This document shows positions 18,458 through 30,417 of a DNA stretch of 64,000 nt, piece by piece; within the stretch, counting starts at the first letter, position 1; every line of letters starts with the position of its first letter. The DNA is taken from assembly GCA_021773215.1 (NCBI GenBank), contig JAJFKM010000041.1:1099-65098 (forward strand), given 5' to 3'. The notes beneath the pieces are model-generated. The model did no database searches and was not told the DNA's origin. It saw only the letters and a program-made list of their open reading frames with translations. The translations under genes and the position numbers were made by a program. Origin of the DNA: Gammaproteobacteria bacterium. GTDB taxonomy: Bacteria > Pseudomonadota > Gammaproteobacteria > Eutrophobiales > Eutrophobiaceae.

Positions 18458-18639
18458 ATACCCAAGATGCTTGAAAATACAGGTTTATAGCACATCTGTT
18501 TTCAACCAGAGCAGCGTCGCCTAAAGCGCCTACTGTTGGTGCTCCTCCTTGCAGGGAGCGACCATGCGCGTCGTCGAGTCTTGCTCTGAATAAAAATCAA
18601 ACGCACTCTAAATCCTGTATTTTCAAGCATCTTGGGTAT
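18458..18639. repeat. 182-bp intergenic element with perfect 26-bp terminal inverted repeats and nested internal palindromes (MITE/ERIC-like or extended stem-loop)
   Basis: ATACCCAAGATGCTTGAAAATACAGG at 18458-18483 is the exact reverse complement of 18614-18639. The interior is GC-rich with further nested inverted repeats (CAGAGCAGCG...CGAGTCTTGCTCTG; CTCCTTGCAGGGAG). Confidence 0.6.
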
Positions 18640-18685
18640 AGGACTTGTAACCCACCCATAGTCTTCTGTATGCTATGCCGCCTTT

Positions 18686-18762
18686 AGGCGCGTAGCTCAG
18701 TTGGTTAGAGCGCATCCTTGACATGGATGAGGTCGTTGGTTCGATTCCAATCGTGCCTACCA
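18686..18762 (+). tRNA. tRNA-Val (anticodon GAC)
   Basis: Cloverleaf: acceptor AGGCGCG/CGTGCCT, D arm GCTCAGTTGGTTAGAGC, anticodon arm CATCC-TTGACAT-GGATG with anticodon GAC, T arm GTTGG-TTCGATT-CCAAT, and CCA encoded. Confidence 0.88.
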
Positions 18763-18770
18763 AACGACAT

Positions 18771-18806
18771 ACAGGCACCGATAATTTTGGTGCCTGTTAT
18801 TTTTAT
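18771..18806 (+). terminator. rho-independent terminator after tRNA-Val
   Basis: Stem ACAGGCAC/GTGCCTGT (8 bp) with an 11-nt loop, followed by TATTTTTAT. Confidence 0.55.
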
Positions 18807-18861
18807 AATCCTTTACACGTGGCCTTTTGTGGGGGTCACCACTGATATATAAGGAGAGATT

Positions 18862-20787
18862 ATGCCCACGATTACGCTACCCGATAATAGTCAGCGCGAA
18901 TATGAAGAAGCGCTTACCGTCATGCAAATTTCTGAGTCCATCGGACCTGGTCTAGCCAAGGCAACCCTAGGTGGTATGGTTGATGATCAAATCGTCGATG
19001 CTTCTTATCTCATAGAAAAAGACAGCAATTTAAGAATAATTACTGAACGAGATCCTGAAGGTTTAGAGATTATCAGACATTCCTGCGCTCATTTAATGGC
19101 GCAAGCTGTCAAAACACTTTATCCCGAAGCACAAGTTACTATTGGCCCCGTGATTGAAGACGGTTTTTTTTATGATTACGCCTACGAACCAGGCTTCACT
19201 CCGGAAGATTTGGTCAAAATAGAAAAAAAGATGCAGGAATTGTCCAAAGCCAACTTAGAGGTTACACGATCAGTCAAAACCAGAGATGAGGCGACTGCTT
19301 TTTTCCGTGGCATGGGAGAAGAATATAAGGCTCAAATTATTGAATCAATTCCGAGTAATGAAGAACTCTCATTGTATACCCAAGGTGATTTCACGGATTT
19401 GTGCCGTGGACCACATGTACCTAGTACGGGAAAAATAAAATCCTTTAAGTTGATGAAGCTGGCAGGTGCCTATTGGCGTGGGGATTCTAATAATGAAATG
19501 CTGCAGCGAATTTATGGTACTGCCTGGCAGGATAAAAAGGCGCTTAAGGCCTATCTAAATCGACTTGCTGAGGCAGAGAAACGTGATCACCGTAAATTGG
19601 CCAAGAAACAGGATTTGTTTCATTTTCAGGAAGAAGCACCAGGAATGGTTTTTTGGCATCCTAAGGGCTGGGCCATCTATAAAACTATCGAGCGCTATAT
19701 CAGTGCAAAAATGCAAATGCATGGCTATCAAGAGATCAATACGCCGCAGGTAGTTGATCAGAGTTTGTGGGAACGTTCCGGACATTGGGACAAGTTCAGA
19801 GATGATATGTTTACGACAAGTTCAGAGAATCGTGACTATGCGATAAAACCAATGAACTGTCCCTGCCATATTCAGGTATTTAATCAAGGTTTAAAGAGCT
19901 ATCGTGATTTGCCGTTGCGATTGGCTGAATTTGGATCATGTCATCGCAATGAAGCATCTGGAACCTTACATGGTTTAATGCGTGCGCGAAATTTTACACA
20001 AGATGATGCCCATATTTTTTGTACGGAAGAGCAGATTCAATCTGAAGTATCAATGTTTATCGATATGCTGTTTGAAGTCTACCGGGACTTTGGGTTTGAT
20101 GATGTCATTATTAAATTGTCAACGCGTCCAGAAAAACGCGTGGGGAATGATGAAGTCTGGGACAAGTCCGAAAAAGCACTAGAACTAGCCTTAAATAACA
20201 AAGATATAGAGTGGGAGTTGCAGCCAGGTGAGGGTGCGTTTTACGGGCCAAAGATTGAGTTCTCACTGAAGGATTGTATTGGGCGTGTATGGCAATGTGG
20301 AACGATTCAAGTCGACTTTTCGATGCCGGAGCGGCTTGATGCCTCCTATGTCAATGAAGACAGTACCAAACAAGTACCGGTAATGCTTCATCGCGCCATT
20401 GTGGGCTCGATGGAACGGTTTATTGGCATTTTGATTGAGAACTATGCAGGCGCTTTTCCTGTTTGGTTGGCGCCAATTCAAGCTGTTGTGATATCAATTA
20501 CGGAAAAACAAAGCGAATATGCAAAAAAAGTAGCAGAAATCTTGAAAAACCAGAGCTTTAGGGTCGAAGTTGACTTGAGAAATGAGACGATCGGGCTTAA
20601 AATCCGCGACCACGCAATGCAACGTGTTCCCTACCAAATTATTCTGGGTGCGCGTGAACAGGATGAAAATACTGTCGCAGTGCGAACTCGTGACGGTGAA
20701 GATCTTGGAGCAATGTCTCTTGAGAACCTCAGCGAACGACTAAACGGCGATATTGCGCGTCTTGGCCGCAATAATTTGGAGGAATAA
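18862..20787 (+). CDS. thrS: threonine--tRNA ligase
   Basis: 641 aa. TGS and second-additional-domain at the N-terminus, class II aaRS motifs and the zinc site (CPCH), and the C-terminal anticodon-binding domain. Confidence 0.95.
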   Translation: MPTITLPDNSQREYEEALTVMQISESIGPGLAKATLGGMVDDQIVDASYLIEKDSNLRIITERDPEGLEIIRHSCAHLMAQAVKTLYPEAQVTIGPVIEDGFFYDYAYEPGFTPEDLVKIEKKMQELSKANLEVTRSVKTRDEATAFFRGMGEEYKAQIIESIPSNEELSLYTQGDFTDLCRGPHVPSTGKIKSFKLMKLAGAYWRGDSNNEMLQRIYGTAWQDKKALKAYLNRLAEAEKRDHRKLAKKQDLFHFQEEAPGMVFWHPKGWAIYKTIERYISAKMQMHGYQEINTPQVVDQSLWERSGHWDKFRDDMFTTSSENRDYAIKPMNCPCHIQVFNQGLKSYRDLPLRLAEFGSCHRNEASGTLHGLMRARNFTQDDAHIFCTEEQIQSEVSMFIDMLFEVYRDFGFDDVIIKLSTRPEKRVGNDEVWDKSEKALELALNNKDIEWELQPGEGAFYGPKIEFSLKDCIGRVWQCGTIQVDFSMPERLDASYVNEDSTKQVPVMLHRAIVGSMERFIGILIENYAGAFPVWLAPIQAVVISITEKQSEYAKKVAEILKNQSFRVEVDLRNETIGLKIRDHAMQRVPYQIILGAREQDENTVAVRTRDGEDLGAMSLENLSERLNGDIARLGRNNLEE

Positions 20788-20790
20788 TTT

Positions 20791-21306
20791 ATCAGCGCAG
20801 ACAAGAAGACACGCCTCAATGAAGACATAACTTCGCCAGAGGTGAGGTTAATCAATGCAGAGGGCGAACAAGTAGGTATCGTGTCAATTAGTGAAGCAAA
20901 ACAAATCGCTGAAGACTCCGAGTTAGATCTGGTTGAAATTGTTCCCAATTCAGAGCCGCCTGTATGTCGGGTCATGGATTACGGAAAATTCGTATTCGAG
21001 CAGAATAAGAAACAGCACGCTGCTAAAAAGAAGCAAAAGCAGATACATATTAAGGAAGTTAAGTTTAGGCCTGGCACTGAAGACGGTGATTACCAAATAA
21101 AGTTAAAGAATTTAATTAAATTTTTGAGCAACGGTGATAAGGCAAAGATTACACTCCGATTTCGTGGTAGAGAAATGGTACACCAGGAATTAGGAACGAA
21201 GATGTTAAAGAGAATAGAGGCCGATCTGGAAGAATACGGAACCGTTGAGCAGTTTCCAAAGATGGAAGGTCGACAAATGGTCATGGTTTTGGCCTCAAAG
21301 AAATAA
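20791..21306 (+). CDS. infC: translation initiation factor IF-3, probably initiating at a non-AUG codon (AUC at 20791) directly after the in-frame thrS stop
   Basis: The ORF-track start (GTG 20842) would remove the conserved IF3 N-terminus. The frame is open from the thrS TAA, and [31 protein letters not shown] aligns with E. coli [28 protein letters not shown]. E. coli infC uses AUU. Confidence 0.8.
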   Translation: MSADKKTRLNEDITSPEVRLINAEGEQVGIVSISEAKQIAEDSELDLVEIVPNSEPPVCRVMDYGKFVFEQNKKQHAAKKKQKQIHIKEVKFRPGTEDGDYQIKLKNLIKFLSNGDKAKITLRFRGREMVHQELGTKMLKRIEADLEEYGTVEQFPKMEGRQMVMVLASKK

Positions 21307-21336
21307 ATTGAAGTAATATTGAGTGGAGTTATTGAA

Positions 21337-21534
21337 ATGCCCAAGATGAAATCAAACAGCGGTGCTGCAAAGCGATTTTCACGTACTGCTTCGGGAAAGT
21401 TTAAACATGGTCAGTCACATCGTAGCCATATTTTGACTAAAAAGAGCACTAAACGTAAACGTCAGTTGCGTGGAATGCTTGCAGTTCATGATAGTGACCA
21501 GAAGGCAGTTGCCCGAATGGTTCCGTATTTATAG
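21337..21534 (+). CDS. rpmI: 50S ribosomal protein L35
   Basis: [14 protein letters not shown]...[15 protein letters not shown] is the L35 signature. Start is taken at the internal ATG of ORF 21319-21534. Confidence 0.9.
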   Translation: MPKMKSNSGAAKRFSRTASGKFKHGQSHRSHILTKKSTKRKRQLRGMLAVHDSDQKAVARMVPYL

Positions 21535-21549
21535 AGAGGAATTGAAGCA

Positions 21550-21909
21550 ATGCCCAGAGTAAAACGTGGTGTTACCGCACACGCCAGACACAAAAAGATA
21601 ATTGATCAAGCCAAAGGTTACAGTGGTCGACGTAAGAATATATTTCGCGTTGCCAAACAGGCGGTCACTAAAGCAGGTCAATATGCTTACAGAGATAGAC
21701 GTCAACGCAAGAGACAGTTTCGTTCGCTTTGGATTACGCGAATCAATGCTGCTGCTCGAATTCATGGGCTTTCTTATAGTCGCTTCATAGATGGGTTGAA
21801 CAAGGCATCGGTTGAGGTTGACCGTAAAGTATTAGCTGACATTGCAGTATTTGATAAGGTTGCTTTTGGCGTATTAGCTGAGCAGGCCAAGGCCAGCCTT
21901 ACCCATTAA
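21550..21909 (+). CDS. rplT: 50S ribosomal protein L20
   Basis: [17 protein letters not shown]...[24 protein letters not shown] is near-identical to the L20 consensus. Confidence 0.95.
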   Translation: MPRVKRGVTAHARHKKIIDQAKGYSGRRKNIFRVAKQAVTKAGQYAYRDRRQRKRQFRSLWITRINAAARIHGLSYSRFIDGLNKASVEVDRKVLADIAVFDKVAFGVLAEQAKASLTH

Positions 21910-21933
21910 TCTTTTTTATAATGATTTAAAAAA

Positions 21934-21960
21934 GGGAAAGGCTTACCTTTCCCTTTTTTG
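21934..21960 (+). terminator. rho-independent terminator after rplT (immediately upstream of pheS)
   Basis: GGGAAAGG-CTTA-CCTTTCCC hairpin followed by TTTTTT. No Phe-rich leader peptide ORF was found. Confidence 0.6.
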
Positions 21961-21969
21961 TTTATATAG

Positions 21970-22959
<990 letters not shown>

Positions 22960-22975
22960 TTAGGGTGTATGAGAT

Positions 22976-25348
22976 ATGAAATTCAGTGAAAAATGGTTAA
23001 GGGAGTTTGTGAACCCTGATGTAGATACCGAAACACTTATGCATCAATTAACCATGGCCGGTCTTGAGGTCGATGGTATTGAATCAGCATGCCCCGATTT
23101 TGACGGTTTGGTTATAGCAGAAGTTAAAACAGTATCGAAACATCCTGGTGCAGATAAGCTCCAGATTTGCGAAGTCGATTGTGGTGATAAAGATTTATTA
23201 ACGATTGTTTGTGGTGCCGCTAATGTCAGGCAAGGAATGCGGACAGTTTTGGCCAAGGTTGGTGCGAGTCTGCCTGGTGTAGATGAATTGAAAGCAGTCT
23301 CTCTTAAGGGGGTGACATCATCTGGAATGCTTTGCTCTGCCAAAGAAATCGGTCTGACGGATGATCATGATGGGATCATGGATTTATCTGCAAATGAAAC
23401 CATAGGGATGCATCTAAGCCAAGCTATTGAAAGTAATGATAATATCATTGAAATATCGTTGACACCTAACCGTGGCGATTGTCTTAGTATTACAGGGGTT
23501 GCCCGAGAAGTAGCTGTATTTAATCAAATCGATTTTAGTGTTCCTGAAGTTCAAATAAACGATATCAACGCCTCAACCAGCCGGAGTGTAAAACTATCTG
23601 CTGTCAAAGCATGCCCAAAATATCTCGGTAGAGTCATAGAAAATGTTGATACAGCGGTTAAATCACCGCTTTGGCTATCTGAGAAGCTAAGACGTTCGGG
23701 TATTAGAAGCATTAATATCGTCGTGGATATCACTAATTTTGTCATGCTTGAATGTGGCCAGCCGATGCATGCATTTGATAATGACGTTTTACAGGGTGAA
23801 ATCGAAGTCAGACTGTCTAAAAGCGGCGAAAAGATAAAACTACTTGATGAATCTGAAATTGAGCTGAAATCGGACACATTACTTATAACGGACGAATCCG
23901 GCCCATTAGCAATGGCGGGTGTAATGGGTGGTTTTGAGAGTGCGGTAACGACAAGTTCGCAAAACATCTTTGTGGAAAGCGCCTTTTTCAATCCAAAGCA
24001 TATTAGTGGAGAAGCACGTCAATATGGTTTGCATACGGATTCGTCTCATCGATTCGAGCGCGGAGTAGATCCTGAGCTTCAATCTAAAGCAATAGAGCGC
24101 GCTACAGAATTGGTCATCGAATTATGTGGCGGTCAAGCAGGACCTGTCGTTGAAGCATTGAGTGATGATGAATTGCCTAAAAATACCGAAGTAATTCTTC
24201 GAAAGTCCCAGATCAAACGCATACTCGGTATTGAGCTAGATGATCAATTCGTAACAGATACATTTACTAACTTAGAAATGCAATGTAAATATCTTAATAA
24301 TCAATGGAGTACAGTTGCTCCTTCACATCGTTTCGATATAAATATTGAAGTTGATCTTATAGAAGAGCTTGCACGTATTTACAGCTATGACGCCATTCCC
24401 GTTTCTGCACCCAGCAGCAAATTGAAAATGCGTGTGCCAAATAAGAGCTATGAGACTATTAAGCGCATAAGAGAAGTCCTCGTAAACCGTGAATACCATG
24501 AGGTGATTACCTATAGTTTTATTGCCCCAAAGCTTAATAACTTATTGAGTCATAAGAATAATTTGCTACTTTCTAATCCTATAGCACCAGAACTCTCTGA
24601 AATGAGAACTAGCCTGTTACCGGGTTTACTGAGTACATTGGAATACAATATTAAGCGTCAACAAGAAAGAATCCGTATTTTTGAGACAGGCCTGGTTTTT
24701 AATAACAAAGAAGATCTTAAACAAGAATCTTATATTGCTGGTTTAATAAATGGAAATATAGATGATAAACAATGGGATAAAGAAAATATCTCGTGTGATT
24801 TCTATGATTTAAAATGTGATATTGAGTCATTTTTATATTCATTGATCGACGCACGCGAAATAGAGATGAAGCCTAACACTTCAAATATATTACATCCTGG
24901 GCAAGCAGTTGATGTGTATGTTAAAGGAATAAATGTGGGTTGTTTTGGACAATTACATCCTAAAATATGTGCAGATTTGGATCTCCCTGATAATGTCTAT
25001 CTATTTGAATTCAGTATAAAAAATATATTAAAACAGGAAAAAACACGCTATAAGCCAATTTCCAAATATCCGTCCATAAAGAGAGATATTTCAATCGTAA
25101 TAGATGAAAAAACACTGCTTGGAGATGTTCTGAAATGTGCCCAAAATGATGGATCTGAGCTATTAACTAACCTAGAGCTATTTGACGTGTATCAAGCCGA
25201 AGGTATTGAAAAAGGGAAAAAAAGTCTTGCTTTAGGCTTGACCTTTCAAGCAACTTCTAGCACTCTTAAGGATGAAGAGGTTGAGGCCATTATGGATAAG
25301 GTGTTAGATGGTCTAAATAATAATTTCGGTGCAAAACTGAGAGAATAA
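22976..25348 (+). CDS. pheT: phenylalanine--tRNA ligase beta subunit
   Basis: 790 aa. N-terminal tRNA-binding domain, B3/B4 and B5 domains, and the C-terminal FDX-ACB domain. Confidence 0.95.
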   Translation: MKFSEKWLREFVNPDVDTETLMHQLTMAGLEVDGIESACPDFDGLVIAEVKTVSKHPGADKLQICEVDCGDKDLLTIVCGAANVRQGMRTVLAKVGASLPGVDELKAVSLKGVTSSGMLCSAKEIGLTDDHDGIMDLSANETIGMHLSQAIESNDNIIEISLTPNRGDCLSITGVAREVAVFNQIDFSVPEVQINDINASTSRSVKLSAVKACPKYLGRVIENVDTAVKSPLWLSEKLRRSGIRSINIVVDITNFVMLECGQPMHAFDNDVLQGEIEVRLSKSGEKIKLLDESEIELKSDTLLITDESGPLAMAGVMGGFESAVTTSSQNIFVESAFFNPKHISGEARQYGLHTDSSHRFERGVDPELQSKAIERATELVIELCGGQAGPVVEALSDDELPKNTEVILRKSQIKRILGIELDDQFVTDTFTNLEMQCKYLNNQWSTVAPSHRFDINIEVDLIEELARIYSYDAIPVSAPSSKLKMRVPNKSYETIKRIREVLVNREYHEVITYSFIAPKLNNLLSHKNNLLLSNPIAPELSEMRTSLLPGLLSTLEYNIKRQQERIRIFETGLVFNNKEDLKQESYIAGLINGNIDDKQWDKENISCDFYDLKCDIESFLYSLIDAREIEMKPNTSNILHPGQAVDVYVKGINVGCFGQLHPKICADLDLPDNVYLFEFSIKNILKQEKTRYKPISKYPSIKRDISIVIDEKTLLGDVLKCAQNDGSELLTNLELFDVYQAEGIEKGKKSLALGLTFQATSSTLKDEEVEAIMDKVLDGLNNNFGAKLRE

Positions 25349-25350
25349 AT

Positions 25351-25659
25351 ATGGCAGCACTGACAAAAGCTGAAATGGCGGAAAAATTATACGAAGAACT
25401 TGGCTTGAATAAACGAGAAGCTAAGGAAATTGTAGAAATGTTCTTTGAAGAAATACGTTCCGCTCTAGAGTCAGGGAGTCAAGTTAAACTTTCCGGTTTT
25501 GGAAATTTTGATTTGAGAGATAAGAATCAACGACCAGGACGAAACCCGAAGACGGGTGAAGAAATTCCTATTAGCGCTCGGCGCGTAGTGACATTTCGTC
25601 CTGGCCAAAAACTAAAGGCACGAGTAGAAGCATATGCTGGAAGCGTCCAACAACAGTGA
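25351..25659 (+). CDS. ihfA: integration host factor alpha subunit
   Basis: 102 aa. [16 protein letters not shown]...[41 protein letters not shown] is the IHF-alpha signature. Start is 3 nt after the pheT stop. Confidence 0.9.
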   Translation: MAALTKAEMAEKLYEELGLNKREAKEIVEMFFEEIRSALESGSQVKLSGFGNFDLRDKNQRPGRNPKTGEEIPISARRVVTFRPGQKLKARVEAYAGSVQQQ

Positions 25660-25990
25660 ATTACCGGCAATACCCGGTAAACGTTATTTTACAATAGGCG
25701 AGGTCAGCGACCTCTGTGCTGTTAAGCCTCATGTCTTACGATATTGGGAACAAGAATTTCCATCACTTAAGCCGCTGAAGCGCCGTGGAAATCGACGATA
25801 CTATCAGAGACATGATGTCATCCTGATTAGACAAATAAGAAGTTTGCTTTATGAGCAGGGTTTTACCATTGGAGGCGCTAGGCAACGTCTTTCAGGTGAT
25901 GAAGCCAAAGATGATTCAAATCAAAGTCAGCAAATTATTAAACAGCTAAGAACTGAACTAGAAGAAGTTTTAGATCTGTTGCGACGATAA
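25634..25990 (+). CDS. MerR-family transcriptional regulator (conserved downstream of ihfA in Pseudomonas-type genomes)
   Basis: HTH region [40 protein letters not shown]. The 5' end overlaps ihfA, so the true start may be an internal codon. Confidence 0.75.
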   Translation: MLEASNNSELPAIPGKRYFTIGEVSDLCAVKPHVLRYWEQEFPSLKPLKRRGNRRYYQRHDVILIRQIRSLLYEQGFTIGGARQRLSGDEAKDDSNQSQQIIKQLRTELEEVLDLLRR

Positions 25991-26104
25991 CTTAACCATT
26001 AATCCAAATAACAAGTTATCGTCTTCCCTGTTTTTAATTCTCAACTACTGAATTCAGACAGTAGATGAAATCCTCATCTTTAGTTAATATCATTTTATTC
26101 ACAT

Positions 26105-26181
<77 letters not shown>

Positions 26182-26246
26182 AAATAAATTGTAATGTTAA
26201 CTAATAGAAAACCACCTTATCTATAAAGTATGCACATCAAAAAATC

Positions 26247-26762
26247 ATGACAAAAAATATCTTAACCCTGTTTGTTTTTCTAACTGCTCTACAAATTTCC
26301 GCATGCGGAAAAGAAACGGATCCAAAAAAGGCATTCGAAAGTGGTGATTATGAAACAGCATTCACGATTTGGGTACCTCTAGCAGAAGAAGGTGATGCCG
26401 ATGCTCAAAACTATCTGGGAATACTCTACTATTTAGGTTTTGGTGTACAAAAAGACTATAAAAAATCCCTTGAATGGTATGAACGTGCAGCAAAAGCAGG
26501 ACATGCTGATGCTCAGAGAAATTATGGTGATATGATCAATTTTGGACGTGGGATACAAAGAAGCAATCAGGAAGCGTATAAGTGGTATTTTGCGGCATCA
26601 CAACAAGGTAATAAAAAAGCGGCGCGCCAGATTGAAGTGCTTGCCGCCTCTGGTAATTTATCGCCAAACCAACAGATGCATGCGAAAATAGAGGCCAATG
26701 AATTTATACTTGATGAAGATAAACGTTTCATGAGTCATGACACGTATATCGATAAAAAATAA
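26247..26762 (+). CDS. Sel1/TPP-like repeat lipoprotein
   Basis: Signal peptide with lipobox (LQISAC). Repeated A..Y.LG..Y..G.GV..D...A..WY..AA.QG motifs are typical of Sel1 repeats. Confidence 0.65.
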   Translation: MTKNILTLFVFLTALQISACGKETDPKKAFESGDYETAFTIWVPLAEEGDADAQNYLGILYYLGFGVQKDYKKSLEWYERAAKAGHADAQRNYGDMINFGRGIQRSNQEAYKWYFAASQQGNKKAARQIEVLAASGNLSPNQQMHAKIEANEFILDEDKRFMSHDTYIDKK

Positions 26763-26771
26763 TTAATAACT

Positions 26772-28604
26772 ATGTGTGGAATAGTCGGTGCGGTTGCTCA
26801 ACGAGATGTATCTCCGGTTTTACTCGAAGGTTTAAAAAGGCTTGAATATCGAGGCTATGATTCAGCAGGATTAGCGATAACGGGCCATGATAAGCAATTA
26901 CAGCGAATACGTGTCCAAGGAAAAGTTAATGAGCTGCTAAAAGAGCACCAGATATCTCCTTTAAGTGGGGGAACTGGTATTGCTCATACACGGTGGGCGA
27001 CTCATGGTAAGCCAAACGTCAACAATGCACATCCGCATATATGCCGTGACCAAGTAGCACTGGTTCATAATGGAATAATTGAGAACCATGAAGAATTACG
27101 CGAGCAACAAATGGCGTCAGGGTTTGAATTTAACTCAGAAACTGATACAGAGGTCGTCGTAAATGCTGTCTATGAGGCATTACAATCCACTCCTGATATA
27201 TTAGACGCTGTTTTTAACACTACAAAACATTTGCAAGGGGCTTATGCCTTAGGTGTTATAAATAAATTTGATCCTGAAAGACTGATCGCAGCAAAAAATG
27301 GTAGTCCGTTAGTTATCGGTGTAGGTATTGGGGAGTATTTTATAGCTTCAGATGTTTTTGCCTTATTGCCTGTTACACAACAATTTATCTTCTTAGAAGA
27401 TGGCGATATCGCTGATATAACACGTGATAAGTTGACCATTTATGATGCAGAATTAAAAATTGTAGAGCGACAAATAATCGTATCTGAATTAAATGCCGAT
27501 GTCGCAGATAAGTCCGGCTATCGGCACTACATGCTTAAAGAGATCTTTTCTCAGCCAAATGCCATTGCGGAATCATTAGAAAATCGTATCAAAGATGGCC
27601 AAATAATTACTAGTGAGTTTGGACAAGATGCAGACTCAATATTTTCCCGGGTAAAGGCAGTTAAAATTGCAGCATGTGGTACCAGTTATCATGCGGGTTT
27701 AATCGCTGCTTATTGGATGGAGGAAATTGCGCAAATACCTTGTCATGTTGAAATTGCAAGTGAGTATCGATATAGAAATTCGGTTGTGTCAGACAACACC
27801 TTGTTTGTCACTATTTCGCAATCAGGTGAAACCGCAGACACACTGGCCGCATTGAAATTAGCAAAACAGTCAGGATTTTTAAGTACGCTAGCAATATGTA
27901 ATGTTGCCGAGAGTTCTTTAACGAGAGAATCTGAGCTTGTGTTTTTAACGCATGCAGGGCCAGAGATTGGTGTTGCATCTACCAAGGCATTTACCACGCA
28001 ACTTGTTGCATCGTTTCTAATGGTAATTGCTATCGCAAAACATAATAATCTTTCCGAAGCAGATGAAAACAAATATGTTAAGCAACTTGAGAGTTTGCCT
28101 GGTCGTGTAAATCAATTACTTCATCATAAAGAAGAAATTGAGATTATGGCCAATGGTTTTGCTGGTAAACACCATGCCTTGTTCCTAGGTCGTGGCAGTT
28201 TCTTACCAGTAGCTATGGAAGGAGCATTGAAGTTAAAAGAGATTTCCTATATTCATGCTGAAGCGTATGCGGCTGGAGAACTGAAACATGGTCCATTAGC
28301 TCTAGTTGATGATGATATGCCTGTTGTTGCGGTAGCACCAAATAATAATCTCCTGGAAAAACTAAAGTCAAATCTGCAAGAAGTAAAAGCGCGTGGCGGC
28401 AAGTTGTATTTGTTTGCCGATAAAGAAAGTGACGTAGAGTCTACAGAAGGCGTCTATGTTATTAATCTTAATGTTATTTATGACTTCATGGCACCTATAC
28501 TTCACACTATACCATTACAACTATTAGCCTACTATGTAGCAGTGATTAAAGGAGCGGATATTGATCAGCCAAGAAATCTTGCTAAATCTGTCACAGTTGA
28601 GTGA
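26772..28604 (+). CDS. glmS: glutamine--fructose-6-phosphate aminotransferase (isomerizing)
   Basis: 610 aa. N-terminal MCGIVGAV (Ntn Cys), two SIS domains, and a C-terminal ...KSVTVE. Confidence 0.95.
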   Translation: MCGIVGAVAQRDVSPVLLEGLKRLEYRGYDSAGLAITGHDKQLQRIRVQGKVNELLKEHQISPLSGGTGIAHTRWATHGKPNVNNAHPHICRDQVALVHNGIIENHEELREQQMASGFEFNSETDTEVVVNAVYEALQSTPDILDAVFNTTKHLQGAYALGVINKFDPERLIAAKNGSPLVIGVGIGEYFIASDVFALLPVTQQFIFLEDGDIADITRDKLTIYDAELKIVERQIIVSELNADVADKSGYRHYMLKEIFSQPNAIAESLENRIKDGQIITSEFGQDADSIFSRVKAVKIAACGTSYHAGLIAAYWMEEIAQIPCHVEIASEYRYRNSVVSDNTLFVTISQSGETADTLAALKLAKQSGFLSTLAICNVAESSLTRESELVFLTHAGPEIGVASTKAFTTQLVASFLMVIAIAKHNNLSEADENKYVKQLESLPGRVNQLLHHKEEIEIMANGFAGKHHALFLGRGSFLPVAMEGALKLKEISYIHAEAYAAGELKHGPLALVDDDMPVVAVAPNNNLLEKLKSNLQEVKARGGKLYLFADKESDVESTEGVYVINLNVIYDFMAPILHTIPLQLLAYYVAVIKGADIDQPRNLAKSVTVE

Positions 28605-28673
28605 CAAGCTCTTACAAACAAGATGAAAACTAGTTAATATTTATCTGATTTATAATCCATAACATGCTGTTCT

Positions 28674-30077
28674 TTGACAATAACTGGAAGTGACATACCC
28701 ATGACAATTAAAAAATCAGAACCCAGCGTAAAAGTATTGATCGTCGATGATGACAATGATGTTCTTAATTTACTAGAAAATTGGCTGACAACTGAAAAAT
28801 TTGATGTCAAACGTGCCTTGTCAGGCTTAGAAGCGCTAAACTTGGTTGGCATTTATAAACCTGATTTAGTTGTCACTGATCTGTATATGGAAGGTATGGA
28901 TGGTATGGCATTATTAACAGAGCTGCACAATGATGACCCACTATTACCCGTCATTATGCTTAGTGGCCAAGCTCAAATACCAGATGCAATTAAAGCAATG
29001 CATTTAGGAACGTCAGCATTCTTAACCAAACCAATAAATCAAAATGAGTTTCTGGAGACAGTTAAAAGGGTTACTCCAAGTCTTATAAATAAATCAATCC
29101 TAGGTGAGTGTACAAAAAATATTATTTATAAAAGTAAGGAAATGTCTGACATCATTGAGATGGCTAGTCTGGTTGCAGACAATGATGTTTCAGTATTTAT
29201 TTCAGGGGCGACAGGCACAGGAAAAGAAGTCATAGCGAAGGCTATTCATGAAGCAAGCTCAAGGCGGAATCATCGGTTTATTGCTGTTAACTGTGGAGCA
29301 ATTCCGGAGCAGTTACTTGAATCTGAATTATTTGGACATGAAAAAGGGGCATTTACTGGGGCCAATGTTAAACATGAAGGCCTGTTTCAGGCAGCAAATG
29401 GCGGCACTATTTTGCTGGATGAAATCGGTGACATGCCACTTGCATTGCAGGTTAAATTGTTGCGGGTTTTGCAAGATTTTGAAGTACGTCCAGTTGGTTC
29501 AACAAAAACATATCCAATCGATGTGAGATTAATCTCTGCAACACATAAAAACCTCGAAGAAGCAGTTGAGAAGCGTGAGTTTAGAGAAGATCTTTATTAT
29601 CGATTAAAAGTTGTCCCATTGGAAATCCCTAATCTTGCAAAACGTACCGATGATATCCCTCCACTTACAGAACATTTTTTGGCTAACTACGCTAAAAACA
29701 ATAAACAGGATTATAAAAAGTTTTCTCCTGATGCAATGAAATATCTCGTAAGTATGCCGTGGCCTGGAAACGTTAGACAATTAATGAATGTGATTGATTT
29801 ATGTGCAACCCTGTCTAAAAATAAGACTATACCGTTGAGTTTAGTTAGAAAAGCAGTGCATGATGACCCAATACATATACAAACACTAAAAGAATCTAAG
29901 CAAGCGTTTGAAAGAGGCTACTTATTAAGCGTATTACGTATCACTCATGGACATGTTGCTAACGCAGCTAAAATTGCTGGCCGCAATCGTACTGAGTTTT
30001 ATAAATTATTAAATCAGTATAATATCGAGCCAGCATCGTTTCGTGATAAAAAACATACTGAAAAGGAAGTTAATTAA
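28674..30077 (+). CDS. sigma54-dependent response regulator (NtrC family: REC, AAA+ activator and Fis-type HTH)
   Basis: REC domain with the conserved Asp (LVVTDLYMEGMDG). Walker A GATGTGKE, GAFTGA motif, and a C-terminal HTH. The true start may be an internal ATG (MTIKK...). Confidence 0.85.
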   Translation: MTITGSDIPMTIKKSEPSVKVLIVDDDNDVLNLLENWLTTEKFDVKRALSGLEALNLVGIYKPDLVVTDLYMEGMDGMALLTELHNDDPLLPVIMLSGQAQIPDAIKAMHLGTSAFLTKPINQNEFLETVKRVTPSLINKSILGECTKNIIYKSKEMSDIIEMASLVADNDVSVFISGATGTGKEVIAKAIHEASSRRNHRFIAVNCGAIPEQLLESELFGHEKGAFTGANVKHEGLFQAANGGTILLDEIGDMPLALQVKLLRVLQDFEVRPVGSTKTYPIDVRLISATHKNLEEAVEKREFREDLYYRLKVVPLEIPNLAKRTDDIPPLTEHFLANYAKNNKQDYKKFSPDAMKYLVSMPWPGNVRQLMNVIDLCATLSKNKTIPLSLVRKAVHDDPIHIQTLKESKQAFERGYLLSVLRITHGHVANAAKIAGRNRTEFYKLLNQYNIEPASFRDKKHTEKEVN

Positions 30078-30094
30078 TTAATTTGGTTTAGATT

Positions 30095-30400
30095 ATGTCG
30101 GATGAAAAAATTATAATTCAGGTGGATCCGGATCTCGAAGAGTTGATCCCGGGATTTCTGGAAAATCGAAATGCAGATATCGCAAAATTACGTTCTTTTT
30201 TGGATGATAAGGACTTTATAAATATTCAATCAATTGGCCATAGCACTAAAGGTGTCGGCGGTGGATACGGTTTTGATCTTATGTCTGAACTCGGTGCAGA
30301 GATTGAATCTGCTGCAAAAGAAAGTGATGCAGACAAAATTCGTGAAACAATTAACCAGCTTGATGATTATCTTCGACGAATAGAAATTGAATATGCCTAA
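30095..30400 (+). CDS. Hpt (histidine phosphotransfer) domain protein
   Basis: 101 aa with IGHSTKG (the phospho-accepting His in the Hxx[KR]G context). Lies between the response regulator and the hybrid kinase. Confidence 0.65.
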   Translation: MSDEKIIIQVDPDLEELIPGFLENRNADIAKLRSFLDDKDFINIQSIGHSTKGVGGGYGFDLMSELGAEIESAAKESDADKIRETINQLDDYLRRIEIEYA

Positions 30401-30417
30401 ATAATAAAGGTGCTATT

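Noticed and set aside
23551-23991. 146-aa minus-strand ORF inside pheT. Similar antisense ORFs lie inside glmS (27743-28072), the hybrid kinase (31554-31838, 32337-32633), nlpD (63143-63394, 63396-63752), thrS and others.
   Set aside because: They sit entirely within well-supported conserved genes on the opposite strand, have low-complexity Ser/Pro/Leu-rich translations and no start context. They are shadow ORFs.
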